Position numbers and translations under genes: made by a program. This document shows, piece after piece, positions 19,753 through 28,643 of a stretch of DNA of 64,000 bases. This stretch comes from an uncultured Caulobacterales bacterium (GTDB taxonomy: Bacteria > Pseudomonadota > Alphaproteobacteria > Caulobacterales > Maricaulaceae), in contig CAKZTE010000085.1 of assembly GCA_937923115.1 (NCBI GenBank), positions 4,923 through 68,922 of the forward strand. The letters run 5' to 3'. Position 1 is the first letter of the stretch. The number at the start of each line of letters is the position of its first letter. The notes under the pieces are model-generated. The model did no database searches. It was not told the origin of the DNA and saw only the letters and a list, made by a program, of their open reading frames with translations.

Positions 19753-20184
19753 ATGAACCGCCTTAAACTTAGTTTCTATTTTGTAGGCCTCGCAGCGTTG
19801 TCTGCGCCAGCTTTCGGCACAAATGTCACGGCGAATGTCACGCTCACGCGCGGACATATTATCGAGCAAGGCGATATAAAACTCTCCCCTGAAAGCCCGC
19901 CCGGCAGCGACGCGCTTATGGAGCGCTATATCGGCCAGCAAATGCGGCGCACGGTTTATGCGGGCGCGCGGCTTAGCGCCAATCATGTAGACCGGCCCAC
20001 CTTGGTGCGACGTAACACGCGGGTGAATATGATTTACCGCCTTGGACGCCTTCAGATGACGGCTTCCGGCCGCGCCATGGATGAGGGCGGCGCGGGCGAT
20101 ATTATCACCGTGATGAACCTTGACTCAAAGCTGCGGGTTCAAGGCGAAATTTTACCTGACGGCAGTATTGAGGTGATCAAATGA
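19753..20184 (+). CDS. flgA: P-ring assembly chaperone FlgA (short SAF form)
   Basis: Signal peptide; PTLVRRNTRV..GRAMDEGGAGDIITVMNLDS; between flgG and flgH; start reassigned to MNRLK. Confidence 0.9.
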   Translation: MNRLKLSFYFVGLAALSAPAFGTNVTANVTLTRGHIIEQGDIKLSPESPPGSDALMERYIGQQMRRTVYAGARLSANHVDRPTLVRRNTRVNMIYRLGRLQMTASGRAMDEGGAGDIITVMNLDSKLRVQGEILPDGSIEVIK

Positions 20185-21002
20185 GACAGATTAAAAACGC
20201 GCTCGCTTTTAGACGCTCCACTCTTTTTAAACGCGCCCCTCTTCTTAGTCATACCCCTCTGGGCCTCATCGCGATTCTAGCCTTGAGCGCCTGCGCGACA
20301 ACGAAGACGCCGCCTATGCAAGCCCCTGCGGTCTCGTCCCAGCCATGGGACACGCCGCGAACCGACCGCCTTGGCTATGCGCCCAATGTCGCCCCTTATA
20401 ATGATAACGCCGCTTCGCATCATGCCTATACCAATAATGCGCGGGCGACTTCGCTTTGGAATAGTAGTCCCAAGTCGCTGTTTGGCGATCGGCGCGCGAG
20501 CAAAACGGGTGATATCTTGACCGTCGTTATAGAAATTGATGACGAGGCGGAAATAAACAATTCTGTGACAAAAAATCGCCAAGCCAATCAAGGCTTTGGA
20601 ATTGGCGCTTTGTTTGGCTTGCCCGAAGTTATCAATAAAGGTCTACCCGAGGGCGCATCTCTTACCCCCGCTGTGGACATCAACCGAGACCGCGCAGAAA
20701 ATGGGACAGGCAATATTCGCCGCGGCGAAAAAATTACGTTGCGATTGGCGGCGCAGGTCCAAGGGGTGATGCCAAATGGCTATTTGGCCGTGACAGGCCG
20801 CCAAGAAATCATGGTCAATAGCGAGGTGCGGCTGCTGCGCGTAACAGGGCTTATTCGCACCCAAGATATCTCTCGGCTAAACACGATCACCTATGACAAA
20901 ATGGCCGATGCCCGAGTTTATTACGGCGGACAAGGCAATATTACTGATGCGGTTAAGCCGCAAAAGGGCCAGAAAATTCTCAATCGCCTTCTTCCATTTT
21001 AG
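20181..21002 (+). CDS. flgH: L-ring lipoprotein FlgH
   Basis: Lipobox LSAC; SLFGDRRA..GDILTV; PNGYL..GRQE; ADARVYYGG. Confidence 0.96.
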   Translation: MRQIKNALAFRRSTLFKRAPLLSHTPLGLIAILALSACATTKTPPMQAPAVSSQPWDTPRTDRLGYAPNVAPYNDNAASHHAYTNNARATSLWNSSPKSLFGDRRASKTGDILTVVIEIDDEAEINNSVTKNRQANQGFGIGALFGLPEVINKGLPEGASLTPAVDINRDRAENGTGNIRRGEKITLRLAAQVQGVMPNGYLAVTGRQEIMVNSEVRLLRVTGLIRTQDISRLNTITYDKMADARVYYGGQGNITDAVKPQKGQKILNRLLPF

Positions 21003-21011
21003 AGCGTTATC

Positions 21012-21557
21012 ATGATTAAAAAAATCCTTGGGTCTGCTTTACTTATCGTGAGCGTTGTCGGCGGCGCTGTTGCGGCTGACTTTGTAAAACACCGCGCGCC
21101 AAGCGAAGAAGCAAGTCATGACAAGAAAAAATCCAAAGGCGATAGCCACGGCAAAACCGATAAGAAAGGCAAGGCTGGCAAGAAAGATAAAAAGGGCGGC
21201 TCAAAGGGGGGCGATGACGCCAGCATGATAGACGGGCCGAGCTATTTGAAGTTTAAACGGCAATTCGTTGTGCCTGTTATGAAGGGCAAAGAGATTGAAG
21301 CCCTCGTTATTATGAACCTCAATTATGAGCTCGATGGAAGCGCGCCGGATAATATATATTCTTTTGAACCCAAATTAAGAGACGCCATTGTCAGAGAGCT
21401 TTTGACGCTGTCGGACAAAGGCATATTTGGCGCAGACCTCACGACACCGCAGAATTATGAAAAGCTCCGATCAACGCTTTTAGAGGCCGGACAACAGGTG
21501 ATCCCAGAAGGCATTAGAGATGTTCTTATCCTCGATATCGCGCGCCAGGATCAATAG
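21012..21557 (+). CDS. Second FliL-family protein with Lys-rich linker
   Basis: N-terminal TM; YLKFKRQFVVPV..EPKLRDAI..DVLILDIARQD; after flgH. Confidence 0.78.
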   Translation: MIKKILGSALLIVSVVGGAVAADFVKHRAPSEEASHDKKKSKGDSHGKTDKKGKAGKKDKKGGSKGGDDASMIDGPSYLKFKRQFVVPVMKGKEIEALVIMNLNYELDGSAPDNIYSFEPKLRDAIVRELLTLSDKGIFGADLTTPQNYEKLRSTLLEAGQQVIPEGIRDVLILDIARQDQ

Positions 21558-21585
21558 GCGAGACGGGTTTCATAGACCTGAAATA

Positions 21586-21621
21586 CAAAATGTCGTCACG
21601 ATTAGAAAATCGTGACGACAT
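21586..21621 (-). terminator. Perfect 14-bp hairpin, probable intrinsic terminator between convergent units
   Basis: ATGTCGTCACGATT-AGAA-AATCGTGACGACAT with short U-run on the minus strand. Confidence 0.7.
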
Positions 21622-21655
21622 CATGGACGTCAACATATGGGGTTATGACTTCCAA

Positions 21656-21687
21656 GTTAACTTCTATTTTATACACTATTATAGTGT
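21656..21687. promoter_or_regulatory. CtrA-like box abutting a perfect ACACTA-TTA-TAGTGT palindrome
   Basis: Minus strand TAAA-ATAGAAG-TTAAC (21671-21656); palindrome at 21673-21687. Confidence 0.55.
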
Positions 21688-21700
21688 GTATTTCAAGTTT

Positions 21701-22150
21701 TTAATACATCCAGCTTTGATTTTTTACCCTTATCCTTAGCAAAGATATAAAATACATGATGTCGTCTTGTGGCATGCGCGTGGCAAATTGAAACGCCAAA
21801 CCAGGACTATTAAGTGTGATAACGGTTTGCTTTAGAAGACGCGACGTTTGCACGGCAGAAATTTGCGACAGATGTATATCGGTCATGCAATCGCCAAGCT
21901 TTGTTTTCTGGCAGAACATGACGCAGTTCTCGCTCACGGCTAGCACGCCATGTTTTGGCGGACGCCCAGGGCAAAAGCCCAGAAGGGGCGCAGAAAGATC
22001 AGTACGAGAAACACCAAGCCGGCTGGAGACAGAGAGGTGAGTCTCTATCCCCTTTGAGCGGGCAGAATTATGTGGCGCGCGGAGATCATTCTCGCCCCGC
22101 TGGGGAAACTTTATCAGGCGGAAGGGTTTCGCCGTCACTGTTTCAGGCAA
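21701..22150 (-). CDS. Hypothetical protein with bacterial PH-domain-like C-terminal half
   Basis: GVLAVSENCVMF..KTKLG...DIHLSQISAVQ...TVITL pattern resembles bPH domains; TTG start overlaps the XRE stop (8-nt overlap). Confidence 0.5.
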   Translation of the reverse strand: MPETVTAKPFRLIKFPQRGENDLRAPHNSARSKGIETHLSVSSRLGVSRTDLSAPLLGFCPGRPPKHGVLAVSENCVMFCQKTKLGDCMTDIHLSQISAVQTSRLLKQTVITLNSPGLAFQFATRMPQDDIMYFISLLRIRVKNQSWMY

Positions 22151-22442
22151 GTTGGCGATGGTCTTTCGCGCCGTGGCTTTCGTCGAGGCTGTTATGTCCC
22201 GCTGATAGGGTCTCTAGGCCCTCAAAGAAATATGTGGGCGAGACACCCAGCACTTCGCAGAAATTCCAGAGCCGCCCGACCGTAATACGGGTCTGGCCAA
22301 GTTCATATTTTTGAATTTGCTGAAATGACACATTAGAAGCCCGCCCCAACGAGCTTTGCGAAATTTCTTTTGCACGCCGAAGACGCTTGAGCTTTTTTCC
22401 AATCCGCACATCAATCTCAGTGGTCATTTTTGGTTTAGCCAT
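22143..22442 (-). CDS. XRE/Cro-C1 HTH transcriptional regulator (PraR/PhrR-like alphaproteobacterial clade)
   Basis: IDVRIGKKLKRLR...SQSSLG...VSFQQIQKYELGQTRI...LGVSPTYFFEGL; GGAG RBS. Confidence 0.92.
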   Translation of the reverse strand: MAKPKMTTEIDVRIGKKLKRLRRAKEISQSSLGRASNVSFQQIQKYELGQTRITVGRLWNFCEVLGVSPTYFFEGLETLSAGHNSLDESHGAKDHRQLA

Positions 22443-22451
22443 GACGCGCTC

Positions 22452-22841
22452 CTAAGTTTGGTTGATTGAATTTTTAAAATATTTGAACAGTTGTACAACC
22501 ATGCGGTCCGTATCGCTTTGCAGCGTCTCCGCTTGAGAGCCCAGAACTTCGTCCTGCCACAAGGCCATCATATATCTTGCATCCTCATCAGTCTCGATAA
22601 GCTGCCTCCCACAAGACTTCAAAACCTTACTTTGGCCTTTGATGCATTTGGTTTGAACGCGTTCAAACTCGGCTTGCTCTGACGGTGTTTCTGGGCAGCT
22701 ATCTGCCAGAAGATTTAGCTTAATGGCACAGGCCTTATAATAGTCAAAATTGTCTTTTAATGACGGGGTGTAGGCGTCACCTTCAATTAAAGGTATATCG
22801 GTTGATGATGACAAAATTTTTGCCGTAGAATTTAGTAACAT
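22452..22841 (-). CDS. Small alpha-helical hypothetical protein, first gene of the XRE operon
   Basis: ORF ends 9 nt before the XRE start; GGAGAG RBS before MLLNS ATG at 22841 (alternative start 22859). Confidence 0.65.
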   Translation of the reverse strand: MLLNSTAKILSSSTDIPLIEGDAYTPSLKDNFDYYKACAIKLNLLADSCPETPSEQAEFERVQTKCIKGQSKVLKSCGRQLIETDEDARYMMALWQDEVLGSQAETLQSDTDRMVVQLFKYFKNSINQT

Positions 22842-22894
22842 AGAGCTCTCCAATCTCATTACTGTTTTGTGGGTTAACTATAGATGTAAAGAAC

Positions 22895-22936
22895 ACACCT
22901 TAATAGTGTGTAACTAGACGGGCACTATATAGTTGA
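22895..22936. promoter_or_regulatory. Tandem degenerate operator copies upstream of the XRE operon
   Basis: ACACCT-TAA-TAGTGT (22895-22909), 12-nt spacer, GCACTA-TAT-AGTTGA. Confidence 0.5.
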
Positions 22937-23185
22937 CTTAATTGAGTACGCGCAGCTCTGCGCCCATATATCTCCCAGCTCGACAAGCCCCCATGAGGGG
23001 CGCCGGCTCACTTAAGGTAACAAAGTGATGTGGATGAGGCGGGGCGGCTGGATTGTCGCGATTCATCTAAGGTGACTTGATTAAGTCACATGATGTCATG
23101 ACGCGGCATCTGCGTTTTCCGATAAAGACTGCATAGCCTTGAGGTCTTAATAAATTATTTTCACGCGCGCACAAGCCACGCCTTA

Positions 23186-23602
23186 TCAAAGTTTGTGGAC
23201 GGCTTGCCAAATCTCTTGCGTCTGTTCCGACTGATGGGCCTGAAACGCTCTGGCGGCCAGGCCCCTAGCGGCATTATAACGGCGTTCAACATTATCAATC
23301 TGAACGATAAGAATACGCAGAGCATTCTGCGCGGTAATAATGGCCTCGGACAATTGCGCGCGCTGCTCCCTTAGCGCGCTGCGCTTATTTTCTTGCCACA
23401 GCGCGTAAGCCGGCGCGGCCATAGCAAATCCCAAAGCGTCATCATCCAAGGGCGTTTGGAAAGGCGGGGCAGCAAGCGCGCGTAATTGGCCAAGGAGAGC
23501 GCGGTCATGAAGCTGAAGCGCCGCCAGTGCCTTCTCAGCGGATTGGCGCTTTAGCCTGAGGACCTCTAAAATGCGGGTCATTTGCTGTATGTCATTCGCC
23601 AT
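23186..23602 (-). CDS. FliJ-like helical export protein
   Basis: 138-aa two-helix coiled coil directly after flhB; YALWQ..R..LREQRAQL pattern. Confidence 0.55.
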   Translation of the reverse strand: MANDIQQMTRILEVLRLKRQSAEKALAALQLHDRALLGQLRALAAPPFQTPLDDDALGFAMAAPAYALWQENKRSALREQRAQLSEAIITAQNALRILIVQIDNVERRYNAARGLAARAFQAHQSEQTQEIWQAVHKL

Positions 23603-23607
23603 GCGCT

Positions 23608-24690
23608 TTAATAGCTTTTAGGTTTGAGCTGATCCGCAAAATGAATAGCGGCGGCCACGGCCGAGAAATGCTCGGCTTTGATGGTTTCGCCAATCTCAAC
23701 CAAGGCATGAAGAGAGCGCGCACAAGGCGGATCAGAATGTATCGGGACAGCATGCAGTTTTGCACGTTGCCGGATTTGCAGCGCCACATCGTCTGTGCCC
23801 TTTGCCACACAGATCGGTGCAGAGCCAGGGGTGCGCGCCCATTTAAGCGCAACGGCGTAATGGGTCGGGTTGACGATAATCACGTCTGCCGTAGCCACAT
23901 CGCGCATCATAGTTGATTGGGAAATGGCCTGCGCCCGCGCGCGCCGCGCGCTTTTCATATGCGGGTCACCCTCACTGTCTTTATTCTCGTCGCGAATTTC
24001 TTGCAGCGTCATGCGCAGTTTCTTGAGGTGAGCAAAACGCACATAGGGCAGGTCAATAAGGGTCAGCACCGCCATTGCGCCAATCATGTAAAGTAGCAGA
24101 GTCATTGTGACGCTTCTAATTTCAATCATAATCATGATCGCGGGCAATGAAGCAAGGCTTGGCAGGGTGAAGAAAGTTCCCGCAAAGAAAATACCGGCAA
24201 TAACGGTGATGAAAATCAACTTAGCGAAACGTTTGCCAAATTCCACCATGCCATTGCCGCCATATTTTTGCTTAGCATTTGAAATTGGAGATATTTTTGA
24301 TAGCTTTGGTTTGAGCTTGGTTGGCGCGAAAACAACGGCTTGCTGCACAATCAATGACATAATCAAGACACAAAATGGCAGAAGAAAAAGCGGAAACAGC
24401 CCTGCGCCAATACCGCGCATCACATCAAAAAGGGCAGAACCATCGCCCGACAAAAGTAAGCTTGAACTGATACGGTCAGGATAGGCCAAAAGCGACGTCA
24501 TAGAGGTAAATATTTTTGTCGCGCCATATCCCCCCGCGAGGAAGATGGCGATAAAGACGCCTAAATATAGCAACAGCGTATTGGCTTCGGTGGATTGCGG
24601 GGTGTCGCCCTTTTCCCGCGACTTACGAATTTTGGTTTCGGTCGCATCAAAACTTTTCTCTTGGGAGGAATCGTCGCCGCCTTCGCTCAT
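23608..24690 (-). CDS. flhB: Export switch protein FlhB
   Basis: EKSFDATETKIRKSREKGD; EGDPHMK; NPTHYAVAL autocleavage site; AKGTD. Confidence 0.97.
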   Translation of the reverse strand: MSEGGDDSSQEKSFDATETKIRKSREKGDTPQSTEANTLLLYLGVFIAIFLAGGYGATKIFTSMTSLLAYPDRISSSLLLSGDGSALFDVMRGIGAGLFPLFLLPFCVLIMSLIVQQAVVFAPTKLKPKLSKISPISNAKQKYGGNGMVEFGKRFAKLIFITVIAGIFFAGTFFTLPSLASLPAIMIMIEIRSVTMTLLLYMIGAMAVLTLIDLPYVRFAHLKKLRMTLQEIRDENKDSEGDPHMKSARRARAQAISQSTMMRDVATADVIIVNPTHYAVALKWARTPGSAPICVAKGTDDVALQIRQRAKLHAVPIHSDPPCARSLHALVEIGETIKAEHFSAVAAAIHFADQLKPKSY

Positions 24691-25475
24691 GGCATCACAT
24701 CACTAAAGCCGGCAAAGCTTTGAAAATATAGCGCGCTCCATGTGGTCAAAACAGTCCCGACAGAAATTGCGAGCAGAAACAGTCCTGCTCCAGTAATGGC
24801 GGGCATGCCCACAAAGGATACCATGAGTTGCGGCATGGCGCGGTTCAAAAACCCTAAAATCGCATTATAAACAAAGTTCAAAATGATGAACGGTAGCGCC
24901 AGCGTAATCCCCATCGCAAAGGCGTCTGATGATTTGTGATTAAGCCAATAAGCCATGCCGTCCAGATTGGGCGCCGCGCCAATTGGAAACATCTCAAAAC
25001 TCATAATCAAAATACCGACGGCCTCTATGTGAACGCCCATCGTAACCAAGAGCGTCACCCCCGCCATCATCAGCAAAGTCGAGATTGTGGTATTGGGCTC
25101 AGTTGCAATCCCCTCTCCGAGCACTTGAGAAATTGAGAGCGCTTGGCTGACGACATTTCCCAGAATCTGTAGCGTATAGACCATAAGGCGGAAGCCAAAT
25201 CCGAGCACAAGCCCGTATATTGCTTCCATGATAATTAAGGCAAATGCGCCCGAAACGCTATAAATTGTGCCGCCGAAGTCTTGGGATAGCACAGGCATAA
25301 TCAAGACAGCCAAAGCCAAAGCAATCGTCAGCCGTATTCGGATAGACACCACCGTTTCGCCAATAGCTGGCAAAAGGTAAAGCAAAGCCCCAAGCCGCAC
25401 AAAAACACCCATTGCAGGAATGAGGTAGTTTAGATTTTGCTCAACTAGCCCGCCAATTTCTGTCAAGGCCTCCAC
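24687..25475 (-). CDS. fliR: Export protein FliR
   Basis: FVRLGA..LP; EAIYG; LGFLNRAMPQLMVSFVGMP. Confidence 0.95.
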   Translation of the reverse strand: MEALTEIGGLVEQNLNYLIPAMGVFVRLGALLYLLPAIGETVVSIRIRLTIALALAVLIMPVLSQDFGGTIYSVSGAFALIIMEAIYGLVLGFGFRLMVYTLQILGNVVSQALSISQVLGEGIATEPNTTISTLLMMAGVTLLVTMGVHIEAVGILIMSFEMFPIGAAPNLDGMAYWLNHKSSDAFAMGITLALPFIILNFVYNAILGFLNRAMPQLMVSFVGMPAITGAGLFLLAISVGTVLTTWSALYFQSFAGFSDVMP

Positions 25476-25477
25476 AG

Positions 25478-27562
25478 CTAGGCCACGCCAACAATTGCAG
25501 GGCGTTCATTGGTCATGATTTCTTCATAAGCTATGACGGGGTTACGGATATTCTTGGCTGACATCACCGTTTTGATAAAGCGGCGGCGGCTTTGACTTGT
25601 AGCGATGGCCGCGTAATGTCCTTGGGAGGCGCTGCTATCAAGCTTCTCTTTTATTGCTTTGGCCAGATCGTTAAAGGAAGCTGGCGGCAAAGCAATATTG
25701 CGGCGGCCGGCCTCGTCGGACACTTCATATTGGCCAAACATCTCTTCCCATTTGGGCCCGAGCTGCACGATGGGTAAGCGGCCCTGCACATCACGAAGCT
25801 TACCAATGAATTGATAGCTCAGCCGCATACGCACAAAATCCGCGATATGCTCAACAGACGCATTGGCAGTTTTGGCTTCAGCAATCGTCTCCAGTATAAC
25901 GGGGAGATTTCGGATAGAAATACGCTCTTCAAGCAATAGACGCGCGACGCTTTGCAGCGTTTCAAGCGGGACTTTGTCTGGCAAAAATTCTTCGAGGATT
26001 TTCTTATTAGACTCTGATCGCGCGGGGTCGGTGACATTCTTAAAGGTATCCAGCGTCTCGCGCAAAGAGCGGCGCGTGAGAAGCTTTGTGAAATTGGCCT
26101 GTACGACCTCAAGAAGATGGGTGGCAAGAACCTCCGTGACTTCAACCGTTGGGACGCCGAGCATCATCAGCTCGTCTTGATGCTCTTTAAGCACCCATCT
26201 TGCGGGCGCATTATAAACGGGCTCTTGTGTATTCTCGCCGGGGATTTCGGGGAAATCTTTGGTTTCCATAATTGCGAGAACATGCTGCGGCTTGAGTGTG
26301 CTGCGCGCAATTTCCGTGCCTTGAATATTAATAACATAGCTATGGCTTTCCAGCTGTGCATTGTCGGTCAATCTTATGGCCGGTAGAATAAAACCAAACT
26401 CGCTGGCGATATAACGGCGAATTTTCTCAACCCGTTGATCAAAGCCAAATTCAGCCTCCATTGTTACCGCGACCAGTTCTTTAGAAAGCTCAATGTGAAT
26501 TTCGTCAATATCTAGCGCATCGCCAAGTTTGGGCGGCGCTTTTGTGTCTTCTGGTTTCGCGTTATCGGCTTCTTTTTGTTCTGCCTCTTTAGCGGTATTT
26601 GCAAAGGATCTATAGGCGGCATAGCTGAGCAAGGCCGCACCAATCATAAACGGCAGAAACGGCAGCCCTGGGAGGAAAGCAAATATCAGCATGATACCCG
26701 AGACCGCGATGAGCGCCGATGGGTGCTGCATAAATTGGCGGCTGAGGGCTAAATCAAACGTGCCTTCCCCTTTACCTTTGGATAATAAAAGACCCGCTGC
26801 GATAGAAATAATGACGGCCGGAATTTGCGAAACAAGTCCATCGCCCACAGTCAGGATAGAGTAGTTCTTTATCGCTTCACTAAAACCAATTTTATGAACG
26901 CCAATGCCAATGCCAATCCCGGCAATCAAATTTAGTAAGGTGATTAAAATACCTGCGACGGCATCGCCCTTCATAAATTTTGACACGCCGTCTAGCGAAC
27001 CAAGGAAAGCGGTTTCTTCTTGTTCCAGCTGGCGGCGGCGGCTGGCTTCTTCGTGGCTGATAGCGCCAGCGGCCAAATCTGCATCAATCGCCATTTGTTT
27101 GCCGGGCATCGCGTCAAGCGCAAAGCGCGCGCCGACTTCGGCCATGCGGCCCGCACCTTTGGTGATGACCATAAAATTCACAATCACAAGCACACAGAAA
27201 ACTATCAGGCCAATGAAAACATTGCCGCCCATTACGAACATCGCAAAACCCGCGATGACGCCCCCTGCCGCGTCAATGCCCGTATGACCCTGCCCAATAA
27301 TCAGCTTGGTCGACGCGATATTGAGCGAGAGGCGTAAAAGAAGCGAGGCTAAAAGCACCGCAGGGAAGGAAGAGAAATCAAGCGGGCGTTCAATAAACAG
27401 CGTGAGGGTGAATATCAAAATCGCAAAAGCAAAAGACATTGTCAGCCCGGCGTCCAGCACCCAAGACGGCATGGGCAGCGTCATCATAATGATAATCGCC
27501 ATCAACCCCATTGCGAGGAATATTGTTGGGTTTTTCAAAACCGAAAGATTGAGAGTGGGCAT
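25478..27562 (-). CDS. flhA: Export protein FlhA
   Basis: VITKGAGRMAEVGARFALDAMPGKQMAIDADL; KFMKGDAVAG; GDGLVSQIP. Confidence 0.98.
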   Translation of the reverse strand: MPTLNLSVLKNPTIFLAMGLMAIIIMMTLPMPSWVLDAGLTMSFAFAILIFTLTLFIERPLDFSSFPAVLLASLLLRLSLNIASTKLIIGQGHTGIDAAGGVIAGFAMFVMGGNVFIGLIVFCVLVIVNFMVITKGAGRMAEVGARFALDAMPGKQMAIDADLAAGAISHEEASRRRQLEQEETAFLGSLDGVSKFMKGDAVAGILITLLNLIAGIGIGIGVHKIGFSEAIKNYSILTVGDGLVSQIPAVIISIAAGLLLSKGKGEGTFDLALSRQFMQHPSALIAVSGIMLIFAFLPGLPFLPFMIGAALLSYAAYRSFANTAKEAEQKEADNAKPEDTKAPPKLGDALDIDEIHIELSKELVAVTMEAEFGFDQRVEKIRRYIASEFGFILPAIRLTDNAQLESHSYVINIQGTEIARSTLKPQHVLAIMETKDFPEIPGENTQEPVYNAPARWVLKEHQDELMMLGVPTVEVTEVLATHLLEVVQANFTKLLTRRSLRETLDTFKNVTDPARSESNKKILEEFLPDKVPLETLQSVARLLLEERISIRNLPVILETIAEAKTANASVEHIADFVRMRLSYQFIGKLRDVQGRLPIVQLGPKWEEMFGQYEVSDEAGRRNIALPPASFNDLAKAIKEKLDSSASQGHYAAIATSQSRRRFIKTVMSAKNIRNPVIAYEEIMTNERPAIVGVA

Positions 27563-27567
27563 TGCGG

Positions 27568-27831
27568 TCAGCCTGAAATGGCAGGAATGACTTGGCTATC
27601 AAACAAGTCAATCAAGATGCGCACCATAAAGCCTGCGCATATAAAATAGACAAGCAACATAACGCCAAGCTTTGGCACAAAGGTCAGGGTCATTTCTTGA
27701 ATCGAGGTCAGCGCTTGGAAAAGGCCGACCACAAGGCCGACCAACAACGCCGCCGTTAAAAGCGGCAAAGACATCAATGTTGCGCCCCAAAGAAACTCTC
27801 GTAGAACAGACAGAATCTCAGCTTCAGACAT
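27568..27831 (-). CDS. fliQ: Export protein FliQ
   Basis: GLFQALTSIQEMTLTFVPKL. Confidence 0.97.
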   Translation of the reverse strand: MSEAEILSVLREFLWGATLMSLPLLTAALLVGLVVGLFQALTSIQEMTLTFVPKLGVMLLVYFICAGFMVRILIDLFDSQVIPAISG

Positions 27832-27866
27832 AGAATGTTACCTTTGCACATGAGGCGGCCATAGGA

Positions 27867-28184
27867 TTAGACAGGCATCCGAAGCAGTTCTTGATAGGCT
27901 TCAACAACGCGGTTGCGAATTGTAACCGCACCTTCCAAGGCCACTTCGGCTGTTGCGAGAGCTTGCACAACGCTATGGGCGTCGCCTGTGCCTGCGCTAA
28001 AGGCCTGTGTGGTGCTATCGACCGTTTCAAAAATTTGCGAAAACTCCGCAACGCCTTGTGACAAAACGGAAGGCTGCTTGGTCTCGAGCGTGGCCATGTC
28101 TTGGGGTTTTGCCGCCGCGTCGGGCGTGACCGCTTGTTTAGCGATTTGATACTGACGCATCGCGCCAAGAGAAACGGGATCCAT
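27867..28184 (-). CDS. fliE: Hook-basal body protein FliE
   Basis: VVQALATAE..L..AVTIRNRVVEAYQELLRMPV. Confidence 0.95.
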   Translation of the reverse strand: MDPVSLGAMRQYQIAKQAVTPDAAAKPQDMATLETKQPSVLSQGVAEFSQIFETVDSTTQAFSAGTGDAHSVVQALATAEVALEGAVTIRNRVVEAYQELLRMPV

Positions 28185-28192
28185 GGAAACTC

Positions 28193-28591
28193 CTAACGCC
28201 GCAGCAGAGATAGCAGACTACTATACATCTGTGTGGCTTGCTTAAATGTTGAAAGATTGGCGTCATAGCTTCGGCCTGCTTCGCGCGCATCCGCAAGCTC
28301 AATCATCATATCGACATTGGACATGCTGACATAACCTTCGCCGTCCGCCAGCGGGTGATTGGGTTCAAAGAGCATTTCGCCCATAGTGTCATCCAGCGTG
28401 ACATCGCCAACGCTTAACGTTGTTGCGCCGCTGACGCGGTTAAGTTCGTTCTCAAATGTAATGAGCTTTCGCTTATAACCATGTGTATCCGCGTTTGAAA
28501 GATTTTCAGACACGACCTGCAAACGATAAGCCTGCGCGCCCATGCCTTGGCTGGCGGCGGCCATCGCTTTGGATATTGAATTGGGTCCCAT
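28193..28591 (-). CDS. flgC: Rod protein FlgC
   Basis: SENLSNADT; PNHPLADGEGYV..SNVD..E.AD.REAGRSYDAN. Confidence 0.96.
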   Translation of the reverse strand: MGPNSISKAMAAASQGMGAQAYRLQVVSENLSNADTHGYKRKLITFENELNRVSGATTLSVGDVTLDDTMGEMLFEPNHPLADGEGYVSMSNVDMMIELADAREAGRSYDANLSTFKQATQMYSSLLSLLRR

Positions 28592-28643
28592 AACGCCTCC
28601 TGCGTAATCCAGCCAATCTTTGGCCAGAGGGTGTCATTATAAA

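Noticed and set aside
21955-22314. Plus-strand 119-aa ORF across the XRE/PH genes
   Set aside because: Antisense to a clear XRE gene, no recognisable features
21586-23185. Prophage or IS remnant interpretation of the XRE cassette
   Set aside because: No integrase, transposase, terminal repeats or target duplication seen; the XRE matches a chromosomal clade. It cannot be fully excluded without a search
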